Shown: positions 37,316 to 47,421 of the stretch, in pieces
Layout of the letters: each line of letters opens with the position of its first letter
How positions within the stretch are numbered: position 1 is the stretch's first letter
DNA from: OCS155 cluster bacterium AG-422-J23
GTDB lineage: Bacteria; Actinomycetota; Acidimicrobiia; Actinomarinales; Actinomarinaceae
Length of the DNA stretch: 64,000 bases
Assembly: GCA_003213625.1 (NCBI GenBank)
Contig: QCMT01000001.1
Location: forward strand, 100,615-164,614
Reading direction: 5' to 3'
Translations under genes and position numbers: made by a program
Notes under the pieces: model-generated
Databases searched by the model: none
Seen by the model: only the letters and a program-made list of their open reading frames with translations
What the model was told of the DNA's origin: nothing

Positions 37316-39195
37316 TTTCTTACTCTTGTCAAAAAAGAAGAGGAACTTATAGCCAAGCCAAGCCAAAGAATAAATATTCCATAATTTTCTCTGAAAATAA
37401 GTTTAAATTTATCATCATCGATAACTTTTATTGTTATGTAGGTATCACTCTGAATATTTCTGAATACTGCGGGTGAGCTTATTGCCTGTTGTGATGAATT
37501 TTTAAAAATATTTAACGATGCATTTTTTTCTTTATCATTAAATTTAATAGGTAAATTTATGACATTTTTTTCTTCTTTAATTTCTTCATATGGTGATAAA
37601 ATGATAAATTCTTTTTCTCCAAAATTTACAGTATCGCCGGTAGATATTATCAATTCATTTGAAAAACTTTGGGTTACATTGAGAACTAATCCTATTGCAA
37701 AAATACCAATTCCTAAATGAGAAATTTGACCAGTCCAATAAGATCCTTGTAGTTTTGTTTTTTTATATTTTGATATTACATTTTTTCCTATAATTATTAT
37801 TAATAAAACAGATCCAAATATTGTAAGTACAAATTTATACGATGCTCTATAATAAATCGTCAAAAATATAGAAATAATGAGAGAAATGTTTAATTCATTC
37901 TGATTTTCAATTATCCATTTTTTTAAATTCATATTGACTTTTGCTATTTTTGTCGAGAACACCATAAGGTAAAGAAGAATCAAAAGCAGGGGACCAACTA
38001 AGATATCATAAAATGATCTTCCAACAGTAAGTTGTCTTGAAAAAAATGATTCATAAAATATTGGATAAATTGTGCCGATTAAAACAATTAATGCTGATGC
38101 AGATAAGATAATGTTGTTTGCAACAAAAAAACCTGACCTACCAAAAATATTTTCAACTTTTCTTGATGTTTTAAAATATTCAATATTCTTTATACCTATG
38201 TACATAAATAAAAACGTAAAAATTAATAATCCTATCAGTAGGTAAGTTCCAATATTTCCATTTGAAAAAGCATGAACAGAAATTAATACACCAGACCTAG
38301 TAATAAATGTTCCAAAAATAACTGATAAAAACATTAAACAGGCCAAAACGTAATTCCAATTAATCAGAGTTTTTTCTTTAATTTGCGTTTTTGAAGAGTG
38401 TAAAAAGGCAGTTGCAAGTAACCACGGTATAAATGAAACATTTTCAACGGGATCCCAAGCCCAATAACCACCCCATCCAAGAACTTCATATGACCATGCA
38501 GCTCCTAAAGAAATACCTGCTGTTAAAAACACCCATGGAAAATAAGTTGCTTTTTCTGCAATTTTTATCCAATTTTCATTTTTATATCTATTAAATAGCT
38601 CGCTTGTAGCGATTACAAATGGAAGAACAAGCCCAATATATCCAAAATATAATATAGGAGGATGTATTGCCATCAATGGATGATTTTGAAGTAAGGGGTT
38701 AGGCCCTCTTCCAAATTCAGATAATACTAAATCTTGAAAGGGTAATAATGTGAAATCTTGACATCCAATAGATGCTAACTGTATACATCCTGAGAAAGGA
38801 GAGGAACTAAATATAGTGAATCCATTAAAAAAAAGAATTATCATTGCAAAAATTTTTATGTCATAAAGCTCTGTGGTAGCTCGATAAAATTTAACATATA
38901 CATAAAAATAAATACTTAAGACCAAATTCCACAAAAGTATTGAACCATCTAATGAACCCCAAAGTGAGGCAAATTTGTACATTGGCGGCGTACTCGAAGC
39001 TGAGTGATTTGCTATATAGTAAAGTGAAAAGTCGTCTAAAAAAAGACCAACTTCAAGCAAGCAAAATAGCAAGAAATGAATAAATAAATTTATTCTTACA
39101 AGAGTTTGAAATAAATTTTTTTTATTTGAAAAGCACATCAATATCAAGTTCAAAAAACCAAACCAAGTCAAAATAATTCCAATTGAAGATATCAT
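37312..39195 (-). CDS. ccmF: Cytochrome c heme lyase subunit CcmF
   Basis: 627 aa, polytopic. WWD motif WGGYWAWDPVEN. Confidence 0.9.
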   Translation of the reverse strand: MISSIGIILTWFGFLNLILMCFSNKKNLFQTLVRINLFIHFLLFCLLEVGLFLDDFSLYYIANHSASSTPPMYKFASLWGSLDGSILLWNLVLSIYFYVYVKFYRATTELYDIKIFAMIILFFNGFTIFSSSPFSGCIQLASIGCQDFTLLPFQDLVLSEFGRGPNPLLQNHPLMAIHPPILYFGYIGLVLPFVIATSELFNRYKNENWIKIAEKATYFPWVFLTAGISLGAAWSYEVLGWGGYWAWDPVENVSFIPWLLATAFLHSSKTQIKEKTLINWNYVLACLMFLSVIFGTFITRSGVLISVHAFSNGNIGTYLLIGLLIFTFLFMYIGIKNIEYFKTSRKVENIFGRSGFFVANNIILSASALIVLIGTIYPIFYESFFSRQLTVGRSFYDILVGPLLLILLYLMVFSTKIAKVNMNLKKWIIENQNELNISLIISIFLTIYYRASYKFVLTIFGSVLLIIIIGKNVISKYKKTKLQGSYWTGQISHLGIGIFAIGLVLNVTQSFSNELIISTGDTVNFGEKEFIILSPYEEIKEEKNVINLPIKFNDKEKNASLNIFKNSSQQAISSPAVFRNIQSDTYITIKVIDDDKFKLIFRENYGIFILWLGLAISSSSFLTRVRK

Positions 39196-39596
39196 TCTTT
39201 ATAATTTTCTACGTTATAAACTTCTCCATCCTCTGAAATATACTCATTATCATGCTTAACCAACATATCATCAGAGTAAAAAATTCCACTATTAAAATAA
39301 CCATCTAAAATCACTCCCATCTCGTCTTGAAATAACTCTGGAATGAAACCATCAAAGCTTATTTCCATGATTATATTTCCGTCAGTGATTGAAAATTCTG
39401 TAACTCCAAGGTCTCCTTTTACTACTGAATTAGATACTACAAATCCACCAAGCTTAATTCGTTCATTGGAGGAAGTTGATAAGTAGTTAGCCTCAGTAGT
39501 TGTGTAATAATAAATAGTATTATTCGAAGCAATTCTGATACTTGCAAAAACTATAATTACAATTCCAATTAGGATAAAAAATAAATTTTTTTTCAC
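39192..39596 (-). CDS. ccmE: Heme chaperone CcmE
   Basis: N-terminal anchor, OB-fold region, heme-binding His in VKHDNEY. Confidence 0.85.
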   Translation of the reverse strand: MKKNLFFILIGIVIIVFASIRIASNNTIYYYTTTEANYLSTSSNERIKLGGFVVSNSVVKGDLGVTEFSITDGNIIMEISFDGFIPELFQDEMGVILDGYFNSGIFYSDDMLVKHDNEYISEDGEVYNVENYKE

Positions 39597-39603
39597 TTGT
39601 TAT

Positions 39604-40272
39604 TTAGATTTTAGCCCTTGATTTGGGATTTAGATAATCATCCCATATTTGGTCAGCAGTAATTCTGTATTTTTTTGATAAGAATACATGAACCAGTGTA
39701 ACCAATAAAACACTTATCAAAAGAGTTGTAAGTATATCTGGGGACATTGGTGCATCTCCACTTGATACAGTTTCCTGGCTTAATATGGATGCTTGTTGAT
39801 GAACTGATCTCCACCAAATAACGCTGAAATGTAAAATTGGTATTTGAATAATTCCAAAAATACCAATGAATGATGAATTTTTTGCAGTTTTGGCGATATC
39901 ATCACTGAATCTACGTGAAGCTAAATATCCAAGATAAACAAGTAACAGAATTGCAGTTAAATTTAGTCTGGCATCGCCCCAAACCCACCATGTTCCCCAT
40001 GTAAATTTACCCCATACAGATCCAGCTATAAGGGTAGTTCCAGTAAATAAAACACCTGATTTTGCATTTGCCACTGCTCTTGAATCATATTTTGGATTTT
40101 TTTTAATTAAATAAAGCAATGAATAAATAAAAGTCAGGGTGTATGCAAGATAAGCAATCCAAACAGTAGGGACGTGGACATAAAGTAGTTTTGATGAAGG
40201 CCCTTGAACAGTATCAAATGGACCCAGCGCACTTATTAGCAGCCAAACAAGAAGCGGTCCGTAAAGCATCAT
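39604..40272 (-). CDS. ccmC: Heme exporter protein CcmC
   Basis: WGTWWVWGDARL WWD motif. 222 aa, 6 TM. Confidence 0.88.
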   Translation of the reverse strand: MMLYGPLLVWLLISALGPFDTVQGPSSKLLYVHVPTVWIAYLAYTLTFIYSLLYLIKKNPKYDSRAVANAKSGVLFTGTTLIAGSVWGKFTWGTWWVWGDARLNLTAILLLVYLGYLASRRFSDDIAKTAKNSSFIGIFGIIQIPILHFSVIWWRSVHQQASILSQETVSSGDAPMSPDILTTLLISVLLVTLVHVFLSKKYRITADQIWDDYLNPKSRAKI

Positions 40273-40913
40273 CGTAAATTAACTTTCTCTATGTAGTAAT
40301 TTGTTGTGCCAAATATAAATATAGTTATACCTAAATACATCAATAAATAAATATTAGCTAATTCCTGACCTAACCCTAGCCATAAAGGACCTATGAATAT
40401 TGAGAGAGCAAGGTACATTGGAACGATTAATATAAATTGTACAAATCGATTATTAAAACTTGTAAATATTTGAAAAATTATATTTATCATACAAACGTTA
40501 ACAGCAAAAAAGACCATAGATAAAATTAAATTAATTAAAGAGGTGTTTACGTTTGAGTTTGTAAATCCTGAAAATAGTATGTTTAAAATAAAAACTTGTG
40601 GAAGAAAAATTAAAAATTCAGCAAGTGACTTACTATTGAAGAACTCTGTTTTCATGTAATTACCAAAATTTAATTCTTTGGTTAACTGATTTAACACTAT
40701 AGGCTTTCTAATCGCAAAAAGGGTTGAAAAAATAATTACAAATAATAAACGTGAAATTATGAATAAATCTTCATTTACCGCAAATCTATTCTCAATCAAA
40801 ATTGGAAAAATTATTATCAAAACAGACATCGTAGGCGTTATTAAAAAGAGAGAAGAACTATTTTTCAACTCAATTAAAAGCTCTTTTTTTAAGATATACT
40901 TGTTAATTTTCAT
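40269..40913 (-). CDS. ccmB: Heme exporter membrane subunit CcmB
   Basis: 214-aa, 6-TM protein between ccmA and ccmC. Called mainly from size, topology and position. Confidence 0.65.
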   Translation of the reverse strand: MKINKYILKKELLIELKNSSSLFLITPTMSVLIIIFPILIENRFAVNEDLFIISRLLFVIIFSTLFAIRKPIVLNQLTKELNFGNYMKTEFFNSKSLAEFLIFLPQVFILNILFSGFTNSNVNTSLINLILSMVFFAVNVCMINIIFQIFTSFNNRFVQFILIVPMYLALSIFIGPLWLGLGQELANIYLLMYLGITIFIFGTTNYYIEKVNLR

Positions 40914-41502
40914 CTAAATCTATAACCTCAAAATCTACGTCATCAAGTTTTACAAACTCTTGGGATGACAATATATTACATTTATTTCTTGAAGATCTAT
41001 TTTTAATTAGGTTTGTTAGTAATGAGACTCCCTCTGAATCTAGAAAGTTTAATGGTTCATCAATACAAAACACTGATGGATTTTTTATTTCAATTATCGA
41101 TAATTCAACTCGACGAATCATTCCGCTAGAAAAATTTTTTACTTTTTCATCCAAATAATCTCTTGGTATATATTTGAATACTACATTTAATTTATCTTCT
41201 GTCGATATCGATGAATCTGAGGTGAAGTAATTCAAGTTTTCTTCAAGTGTGAGATCATATATTAATGTTGGGGTAGAAGATATCTGATTTACAGATATTT
41301 TTAACCTATCAACTTTTGACTCAAAATTTGTACCATCAAAATTTGATGAAATAAAGTTCATAAGGGTAGTTTTACCAGCTCCATTCTTTCCAATTATTTG
41401 ATAATTTTTCTCATCAAACAAATTAAGATTCATACCTTTTATCACTATTTGGTTTGAGTAACCTAGACTCAAATCATTCGATTTTAAAAATATTTCTGAC
41501 AC
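40903..41502 (-). CDS. ccmA: ABC transporter ATPase CcmA
   Basis: Walker A GKNGAGKTTL, signature FSSGMIRRVEL, Walker B FCIDEP. 199 aa. Confidence 0.8.
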   Translation of the reverse strand: MSEIFLKSNDLSLGYSNQIVIKGMNLNLFDEKNYQIIGKNGAGKTTLMNFISSNFDGTNFESKVDRLKISVNQISSTPTLIYDLTLEENLNYFTSDSSISTEDKLNVVFKYIPRDYLDEKVKNFSSGMIRRVELSIIEIKNPSVFCIDEPLNFLDSEGVSLLTNLIKNRSSRNKCNILSSQEFVKLDDVDFEVIDLDEN

Positions 41503-41506
41503 GATT

Positions 41507-41998
41507 TTATTCTATTGACGATAGTTTTTTATAAATTTCAAAAGTTGTAATTACATCATCTTTTGCGGAATGCGTTGGTTTAGATACATCAAAGTACTCC
41601 GCGATTGTTATCAATTTATGATTTTTAACTTTTTCATTAAGTTTATTTCTACTTAGTTGAACAGTATCGATTGTTTTATTTTTTAATGGTTTTTGCAGAT
41701 AATAATTTAGAAATTTCAAGTCAAAGTAGTTTATGTTGTGTCCAACCAGGATTGTATCTTCTACAAAATTAGTTATCTCATTATCCATTTCTTGAAAAGT
41801 AGGTGCGTTTTCAACCTTCTCATCAGTGATCCCATGGATATTAGAATTTTCTATTTTTTGATTTGGTTTAAATAAACTATAAAATTCATCGATAATTTCA
41901 TTATCAGCAACTTTAAGAATGTAGAGTTCCAATATTTCAGAATTCTCTGGTTCAAAACCTGTTGTTTCGATATCCAATATACATAATTTTTCAGTCAT
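41507..41998 (-). CDS. DEDDh 3'-5' exonuclease (DnaQ/epsilon-like)
   Basis: ILDIETTG (ExoI), GHNINYFDLKFL (ExoII), HSAKDDV (ExoIII). Start moved to MTEKLCIL. Confidence 0.8.
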   Translation of the reverse strand: MTEKLCILDIETTGFEPENSEILELYILKVADNEIIDEFYSLFKPNQKIENSNIHGITDEKVENAPTFQEMDNEITNFVEDTILVGHNINYFDLKFLNYYLQKPLKNKTIDTVQLSRNKLNEKVKNHKLITIAEYFDVSKPTHSAKDDVITTFEIYKKLSSIE

Positions 41999-42785
41999 GG
42001 TTTTTATAAAGCTCCCACATTCCAATTGCAGCAGCTCCTGATGCATTCAGAGAATCAACTTGAATTTCTGAATCAATTTTTAGCATTTCTGTTGCATTCT
42101 CCTTCCATACATCTGATATACCATATTGCTCTGACCCAATCACTAATGCGTAATTAATATTTGTTTTATAAGATTTTATACTTTTTTTTGAATATGGATC
42201 TAATGAAATTATTTCGTAATTTAAATTTTTTAAAATTGCAGCAATTTTTCCTGATTTTTCTGAGAATAGATTTATATTAAATATATGACCAATTGAGGCT
42301 CTTATTACATTCGGATTGTAAATATCCGTAACCCCATCTGTCGATATTATATTAAGGAAATTGAATGCTCTTGCAGTTCGAATCATTGTTCCAAGGTTTC
42401 CGGGTTTCTCAATGGCGTCTGCAACCAACACTGGTCCAGATAAATCAACATTTTCAATATTTAAATCTTTTGTAAAGAATAAAGAGATTAATCCGTCAGG
42501 CTTGTCACGATATGATAATGCACTAAAGACTTTTTTTGTTAACTCAACTATCCTTACATTTTTATTTTTAAATTTCTCTATTAATTCAGAATTATTTTCA
42601 CCCACAAATAACTCACTACATATATAAAGCGTATCAATATCATAATCTGAGTTAATAAGTTGGATATTTTCTCGATAACCTTCAGCTAGAGATTTCTTCT
42701 CCAATCTTCTAATTTTATTTTTCCTTAATGAGATTAAAAATTTAAGCTCAGGATTTGTAAGCGAAGATATCTCCTTATTTTTCAT
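41991..42785 (-). CDS. SpoU/TrmH-family RNA 2'-O-methyltransferase
   Basis: GNLGTMIRTARAF, VIGSEQYGIS, SLNASGAAAIGMWE. Confidence 0.8.
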   Translation of the reverse strand: MKNKEISSLTNPELKFLISLRKNKIRRLEKKSLAEGYRENIQLINSDYDIDTLYICSELFVGENNSELIEKFKNKNVRIVELTKKVFSALSYRDKPDGLISLFFTKDLNIENVDLSGPVLVADAIEKPGNLGTMIRTARAFNFLNIISTDGVTDIYNPNVIRASIGHIFNINLFSEKSGKIAAILKNLNYEIISLDPYSKKSIKSYKTNINYALVIGSEQYGISDVWKENATEMLKIDSEIQVDSLNASGAAAIGMWELYKNHD

Positions 42786-43380
42786 ACTTTTCTTTGTGCA
42801 CTAGTTTTTTCATGTAAATTTTATTTTTTTTAACCATCTTTGAAGAATCTTCAATACCCGCTGTTACAAAGCCTAATATGTTTATTTCCTCTGGAATATC
42901 TAATAGAGACTTGATATTTGGTATATCCATATTATGCGAACCTAAAAACCCACTCTTCAATCCAGTCTCATCGATTAATAACATACAGTTCATCATTGCA
43001 GCCCCAGCATCAACATACCAATATGGGACACTCCAGTTTGTAGAGTTAGTTTCATTTTCTTTATCCATCATTTTATATCTTTCATGATAAGCTTCTTCGT
43101 TTATCAAAATTAAAAAAATTGCTTTTGAATTGGATATCCATTTACTAAATCCTTTATCTAAGTAATTTATTTCATTCGCAAAAATTGCTAATTTTTGAAT
43201 ATTTTTTTTGTCTTCTACTGAGATAATTTCTATCCCTCTTGAAAAACCAGCAGTTGGAATTTTTATTGTTAGTTTTGATACTTCAGATAGGTCGGGATAA
43301 GGCTTGTCTGAATCAATGTAGTTTCTGACGATTCTTCTATTTAGTATTAAATTTTGGAGATAAGTTTTTTCATTCTCCAT
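42775..43380 (-). CDS. Nitroreductase-family protein
   Basis: 201 aa. RRIVRNY N-terminal motif and GFLG-type C-terminal region. Confidence 0.6.
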   Translation of the reverse strand: MENEKTYLQNLILNRRIVRNYIDSDKPYPDLSEVSKLTIKIPTAGFSRGIEIISVEDKKNIQKLAIFANEINYLDKGFSKWISNSKAIFLILINEEAYHERYKMMDKENETNSTNWSVPYWYVDAGAAMMNCMLLIDETGLKSGFLGSHNMDIPNIKSLLDIPEEINILGFVTAGIEDSSKMVKKNKIYMKKLVHKEKYEK

Positions 43381-44434
43381 TAGTCAAGATAAATTCTTTT
43401 ACCATGTCTCCGACCTCTGTGGTACTCATACCCATTTTTCCAGCAGATAGAGAGTCAAGATTCTGAGCAGTTTTTATAATTGATTTTTCTATTTCATTGG
43501 CATATTCTTTTTCACCTAATACATCAAGCATCATTGAAGCAGCAGCAATGCAGGCAAGGGGATTTATCACATTTTTACCAGTGTATTTTGGAGCGGATCC
43601 TCCAATTGGCTCGAACATTGAAACTCCATTTGGATTAATGTTACCTCCTGCAGCGATACCCATTCCTCCTTGTATCATTGCACCCAAGTCTGTGATAATA
43701 TCTCCAAACATATTATCTGTTACTATCACGTCAAACCACTCTGGATTTTTTACCATCCACATACAAACTGCATCAACGTGGCCATAGTCCGTTTCTATAT
43801 CTGGATATTTTTCTGCAACCTCATAGAACACTCTTTCCCATAAATCATGCGCATATGTTAAAACATTTGTTTTAGCACAGAGTGTTATTTTTTTTCTATT
43901 ATTTTTACTTGTAAATTCAAAAGCATACTCAATACATCTTTGTATGGCGCTACGTGTATTTATAGATTCTTGAGTTGCTACTTCTTTATCTGTTCCATAG
44001 TGAATATAGCCACCGGCACCAGCGTATAAACCTTCTGTATTTTCACGTACAACAACAAAATTGATATCATCTGGGGTTTTATTTGCTAGTGGTGTTTCAA
44101 CGCCTTCGTATAAAACAACTGGTCTAAGATTTATGTACTGGTCAAATTCTTTACGTAATTTCAAAAGAATTCCTTGTTCAAGAATTCCAGGTTTAACGTC
44201 CGGATGCCCTATAGCTCCTAAAAGTATTGAATCACTATTACCAAGTTGTTCGATGTCTAAGTCTGTTACTAGGTCTCCAGATTTTAAATACCTATCTCCA
44301 CCTAAATCATTTTCAACAAAATCAAATTCAACATTAAATTTTGATTTTGTATGCTCCAAAACTTTAATTGTTTCATCAACAACTTCTGGTCCAGTACCAT
44401 CACCACCAATAATTGATATCTTATATTTTTTCAT
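43370..44434 (-). CDS. leuB: 3-isopropylmalate dehydrogenase
   Basis: IIGGDGTGPEV, NLRPV, VVRENTEGLYAG, NMFGDIITDLGA. Follows leuA. Confidence 0.85.
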   Translation of the reverse strand: MKKYKISIIGGDGTGPEVVDETIKVLEHTKSKFNVEFDFVENDLGGDRYLKSGDLVTDLDIEQLGNSDSILLGAIGHPDVKPGILEQGILLKLRKEFDQYINLRPVVLYEGVETPLANKTPDDINFVVVRENTEGLYAGAGGYIHYGTDKEVATQESINTRSAIQRCIEYAFEFTSKNNRKKITLCAKTNVLTYAHDLWERVFYEVAEKYPDIETDYGHVDAVCMWMVKNPEWFDVIVTDNMFGDIITDLGAMIQGGMGIAAGGNINPNGVSMFEPIGGSAPKYTGKNVINPLACIAAASMMLDVLGEKEYANEIEKSIIKTAQNLDSLSAGKMGMSTTEVGDMVKEFILTNGE

Positions 44435-44435
44435 A

Positions 44436-45926
44436 TTACCTATTCAATGCATTCAAAAAAGATTCAACTGAACCCTGTACCACATCAGTTGATACAGCTC
44501 TTCCTTGTTTAAGATTGTGTCCATCATTTATAATAGTTACAATTTCAGCTGTAGCATCAGCTCCTTTAGTTATACTCTCAACTCTATAGTCTATTAATAC
44601 AGCCTCAGACTGTAATATTTCTTTTACAGCTTTGAATGCTGCATGAATCATTCCATCACCTTCAGCTTCTTGTGTTTTATTTTCACCATTAACACTTAAA
44701 GTAATTTTTGCTGATGCAAATTGGTCCTTACTGTTTACTGATACAGATACAAGTTTCACTGGTGCTTCATTGATTTCAACTTGACCAATAATTGCTCGAA
44801 GTTCATTTTCTACAATTTCACCCTTTCTATCTGCTAACTTTTTAAATTTTTCAAAACTTATATTGAATGTTTCTTCATCAATATCAATTTCAAGTTTTTC
44901 TAAAGCGTCTTTAAAACCAGCTCTACCAGAATGTTTACCAAGTACTATTTTTGACTCTTGTCCAACTGAATCAGGAGTCATAATTTCATATGTCATTGTA
45001 TTTCTTAAATAACCATGCTGATGTATTCCTGATTCATGACTAAATGCATTTCTTCCTACGACTGCTTTGTTATATTGAACTGGGTATCCAGTTAGTTTTG
45101 ATACAAGTCTTGACGTTTCTGAAATTTCTGTAGTTTCAGCATTTATTTCAACACCATATTGATCCTGTCTAGTTTTGACTGCCATGATTATTTCTTCTGT
45201 AGATGTGTTACCTGCTCTTTCTCCAATTCCATTTATCGCACCTTCAATTTGTCTCGCTCCAGCATTTATAGCTGTTAATGAGTTTGCAACTGCAAGCCCT
45301 AAGTCATTGTGACAATGTGTCGAGATGATTACATCCTCATTTTTTCCTCTGACTTCACTATAAACTTTTTTCAATAGTTCAAGATAATCACTAGGTGTCG
45401 CATACCCAACAGTGTCAGGAACATTTATTGTGGTTGCGCCTTCTTCAACAGCAACCTTTAATATCTCTATTAAAAAATCATGGTCTGTTCTTGTTGCATC
45501 TTGCGCTGAAAACTCGATATCTTCACAAAGTTTCTTGGCAAATCTTACCGACTCCTTAGCATCTTTCAACACTTCTTCTTTTGTTTTCCTGAGCATGTGT
45601 TCCATGTGAATATCAGAAGTAGAGGTAAATACGTGTATTCTTGATTTTTTTGCAACTTTTATTGCTTCATGAGCTTGTTCAATATCTTCTTGAACACACC
45701 TAGCTAGAGAGGCAATAGTTGAATTTTCGATATTATTTGCAATGAGATTAACTCCTTCCCAATCCCCGGGGGAGGAAGCAGCAAAACCAGCTTCTATAAC
45801 ATCTACTTTTAGTTTCTCTAATTGTTGAGCAATTAGGAGTTTTTCAGATGGCGTAAGAGCAATTCCCGGGCTTTGTTCACCATCTCTTAAGGTGGTGTCA
45901 AAAATAATTAACTGGTCAGAACTCAT
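44436..45926 (-). CDS. leuA: 2-isopropylmalate synthase (short form)
   Basis: [27 protein letters not shown]-terminal LeuA dimerisation/regulatory domain length is consistent (496 aa). Confidence 0.9.
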   Translation of the reverse strand: MSSDQLIIFDTTLRDGEQSPGIALTPSEKLLIAQQLEKLKVDVIEAGFAASSPGDWEGVNLIANNIENSTIASLARCVQEDIEQAHEAIKVAKKSRIHVFTSTSDIHMEHMLRKTKEEVLKDAKESVRFAKKLCEDIEFSAQDATRTDHDFLIEILKVAVEEGATTINVPDTVGYATPSDYLELLKKVYSEVRGKNEDVIISTHCHNDLGLAVANSLTAINAGARQIEGAINGIGERAGNTSTEEIIMAVKTRQDQYGVEINAETTEISETSRLVSKLTGYPVQYNKAVVGRNAFSHESGIHQHGYLRNTMTYEIMTPDSVGQESKIVLGKHSGRAGFKDALEKLEIDIDEETFNISFEKFKKLADRKGEIVENELRAIIGQVEINEAPVKLVSVSVNSKDQFASAKITLSVNGENKTQEAEGDGMIHAAFKAVKEILQSEAVLIDYRVESITKGADATAEIVTIINDGHNLKQGRAVSTDVVQGSVESFLNALNR

Positions 45927-46939
45927 ATATCTTTTTTGATATCTTTAGCATCTAAAAAAGGCATCATATTTCTTAATTCTTTACCAATATTTTCAATTTG
46001 ATGGTTTGATGCTTTTTCACGTTCTTGTTTAAGATAGGGAGAACCTTCACGAGCTTGAGACATCCATTCTTTTGCAAAAGCTCCAGATTGAATTTCTTCC
46101 AACACTTTTTTCATTTCCTTCTTAGTTTCATCTGTAATTATTCTTGATCCTCTTGAGAAGTCACCATACTCTGCTGTATCTGATATGGAGTGTCTCATCC
46201 ATTCAAACCCACCTTCATACATTAGGTCTACTATCAGCTTGACTTCATGTAATGTTTCAAAATAAGCACTTTCAGGTTGATATCCAGCTTCCACTAATGT
46301 TTCAAATCCATTACGTATCAACTCAGTCAAACCACCACATAAAACAACTTGCTCACCAAATAAATCTGTTTCTGTTTCTTCTTTAAATGTTGTGTTTAAT
46401 ACTCCTGCTCTTCCACCACCTATTGCAGACGCATAAGATAAGGCCAAATCTTTTGTATTATCAGTTAAATCTTTTTCGACCGCAACTAAACAAGGCATAC
46501 CAGACCCTTCTTCATAAGTTCTTCTCAATAAATGGCCTGGACCTTTAGGAGCAATCATTGCTATTGAAATATCTTCACGAGGTACAATCTCACCAAAATG
46601 TATATTAAATCCATGTGCAAAAAACAAAGTCGAGTTCTCTTTCATAAATGGGGCTATATCTTTTTCATATACATCTGCCATAAGTTGATCAGGTAATAAA
46701 AGCATTACAACGTCAGCATTCTTTGTAGCATTCTCAAGATTTTCTACTTTTAAACCCATTTTTTTTGCCCTATCGAAAGAATTTGATTGTTCTCTTAGAC
46801 CAACTATTACATCAACACCTGAATCATGTAGATTCAAAGCATGCGCATGGCCTTGACTACCAAATCCAATTACACTAACTTTTTTTGATTTAATAAGCTC
46901 AATATCAATTGAGTCATCATATATAATTTTTGCTGACAT
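45923..46939 (-). CDS. ilvC: Ketol-acid reductoisomerase
   Basis: [13 protein letters not shown]. 338 aa, class I KARI. Confidence 0.93.
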   Translation of the reverse strand: MSAKIIYDDSIDIELIKSKKVSVIGFGSQGHAHALNLHDSGVDVIVGLREQSNSFDRAKKMGLKVENLENATKNADVVMLLLPDQLMADVYEKDIAPFMKENSTLFFAHGFNIHFGEIVPREDISIAMIAPKGPGHLLRRTYEEGSGMPCLVAVEKDLTDNTKDLALSYASAIGGGRAGVLNTTFKEETETDLFGEQVVLCGGLTELIRNGFETLVEAGYQPESAYFETLHEVKLIVDLMYEGGFEWMRHSISDTAEYGDFSRGSRIITDETKKEMKKVLEEIQSGAFAKEWMSQAREGSPYLKQEREKASNHQIENIGKELRNMMPFLDAKDIKKDI

Positions 46940-46947
46940 AACTTCTC

Positions 46948-47421
46948 CTATAGTTTTGTTTGTATGGCTATTCTGCCACCTCTAATCATTTCAATTATCC
47001 CGAATGGCTTCAATAAATTTTCTAACTTATCAAGGTCTTTTGAAGAACCAGTCATTTCAAAAACAGCATAGTCTTGTCCTACATCTACTGATTTTGCTCC
47101 TGATAAGGATGCTTTTTCAATCACAGAAGTTTGAGTATCTTTGTTTATTGAAACCTTTAATAAAAGGACCTCAGATTCAATAGTATTATCAGGGTCAAGT
47201 TCAACAATCTTTATTACATTAATTAATTTGTTTAACTGTTTTTTGACTTGTTCAACTGATTCAAGTTCAGTAACAATTGTCATTTTTGATCTACCTTCAA
47301 TATTTGTTGGTCCTACTGCTAAAGAGTTTATATTAAACCCTCTTCTAGATATAGTTGAGGCAACTCGAGCTAACACACCTGGTTTATCTTCAACGAGTAC
47401 GCTTAATATTCTCTCACTCAT
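46948..47421 (-). CDS. ilvN: Acetolactate synthase small (regulatory) subunit
   Basis: ACT domain [15 protein letters not shown]. 157 aa. Overlaps the ilvB stop by 4 nt. Confidence 0.9.
   Translation of the reverse strand: MSERILSVLVEDKPGVLARVASTISRRGFNINSLAVGPTNIEGRSKMTIVTELESVEQVKKQLNKLINVIKIVELDPDNTIESEVLLLKVSINKDTQTSVIEKASLSGAKSVDVGQDYAVFEMTGSSKDLDKLENLLKPFGIIEMIRGGRIAIQTKL

Noticed and set aside
36959-37366. Long form of CcmH starting at 37366 (MAWLGYKFLFFFDKSKK...)
   Set aside because: The extension lies entirely inside the ccmF coding sequence. MNKYISIILLL at 37315 gives a normal signal helix and an ATGA stop/start overlap with ccmF.
44061-44471. 136-aa plus-strand ORF, and similar ORFs at 43497-43787, 45412-45609, 47141-47452, 47936-48196 and 34801-35097
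   Set aside because: All are antisense to genes with strong family signatures (leuB, leuA, ilvN, ilvB, LLM). They are Ser/Pro/Phe-rich shadow translations with no motifs.
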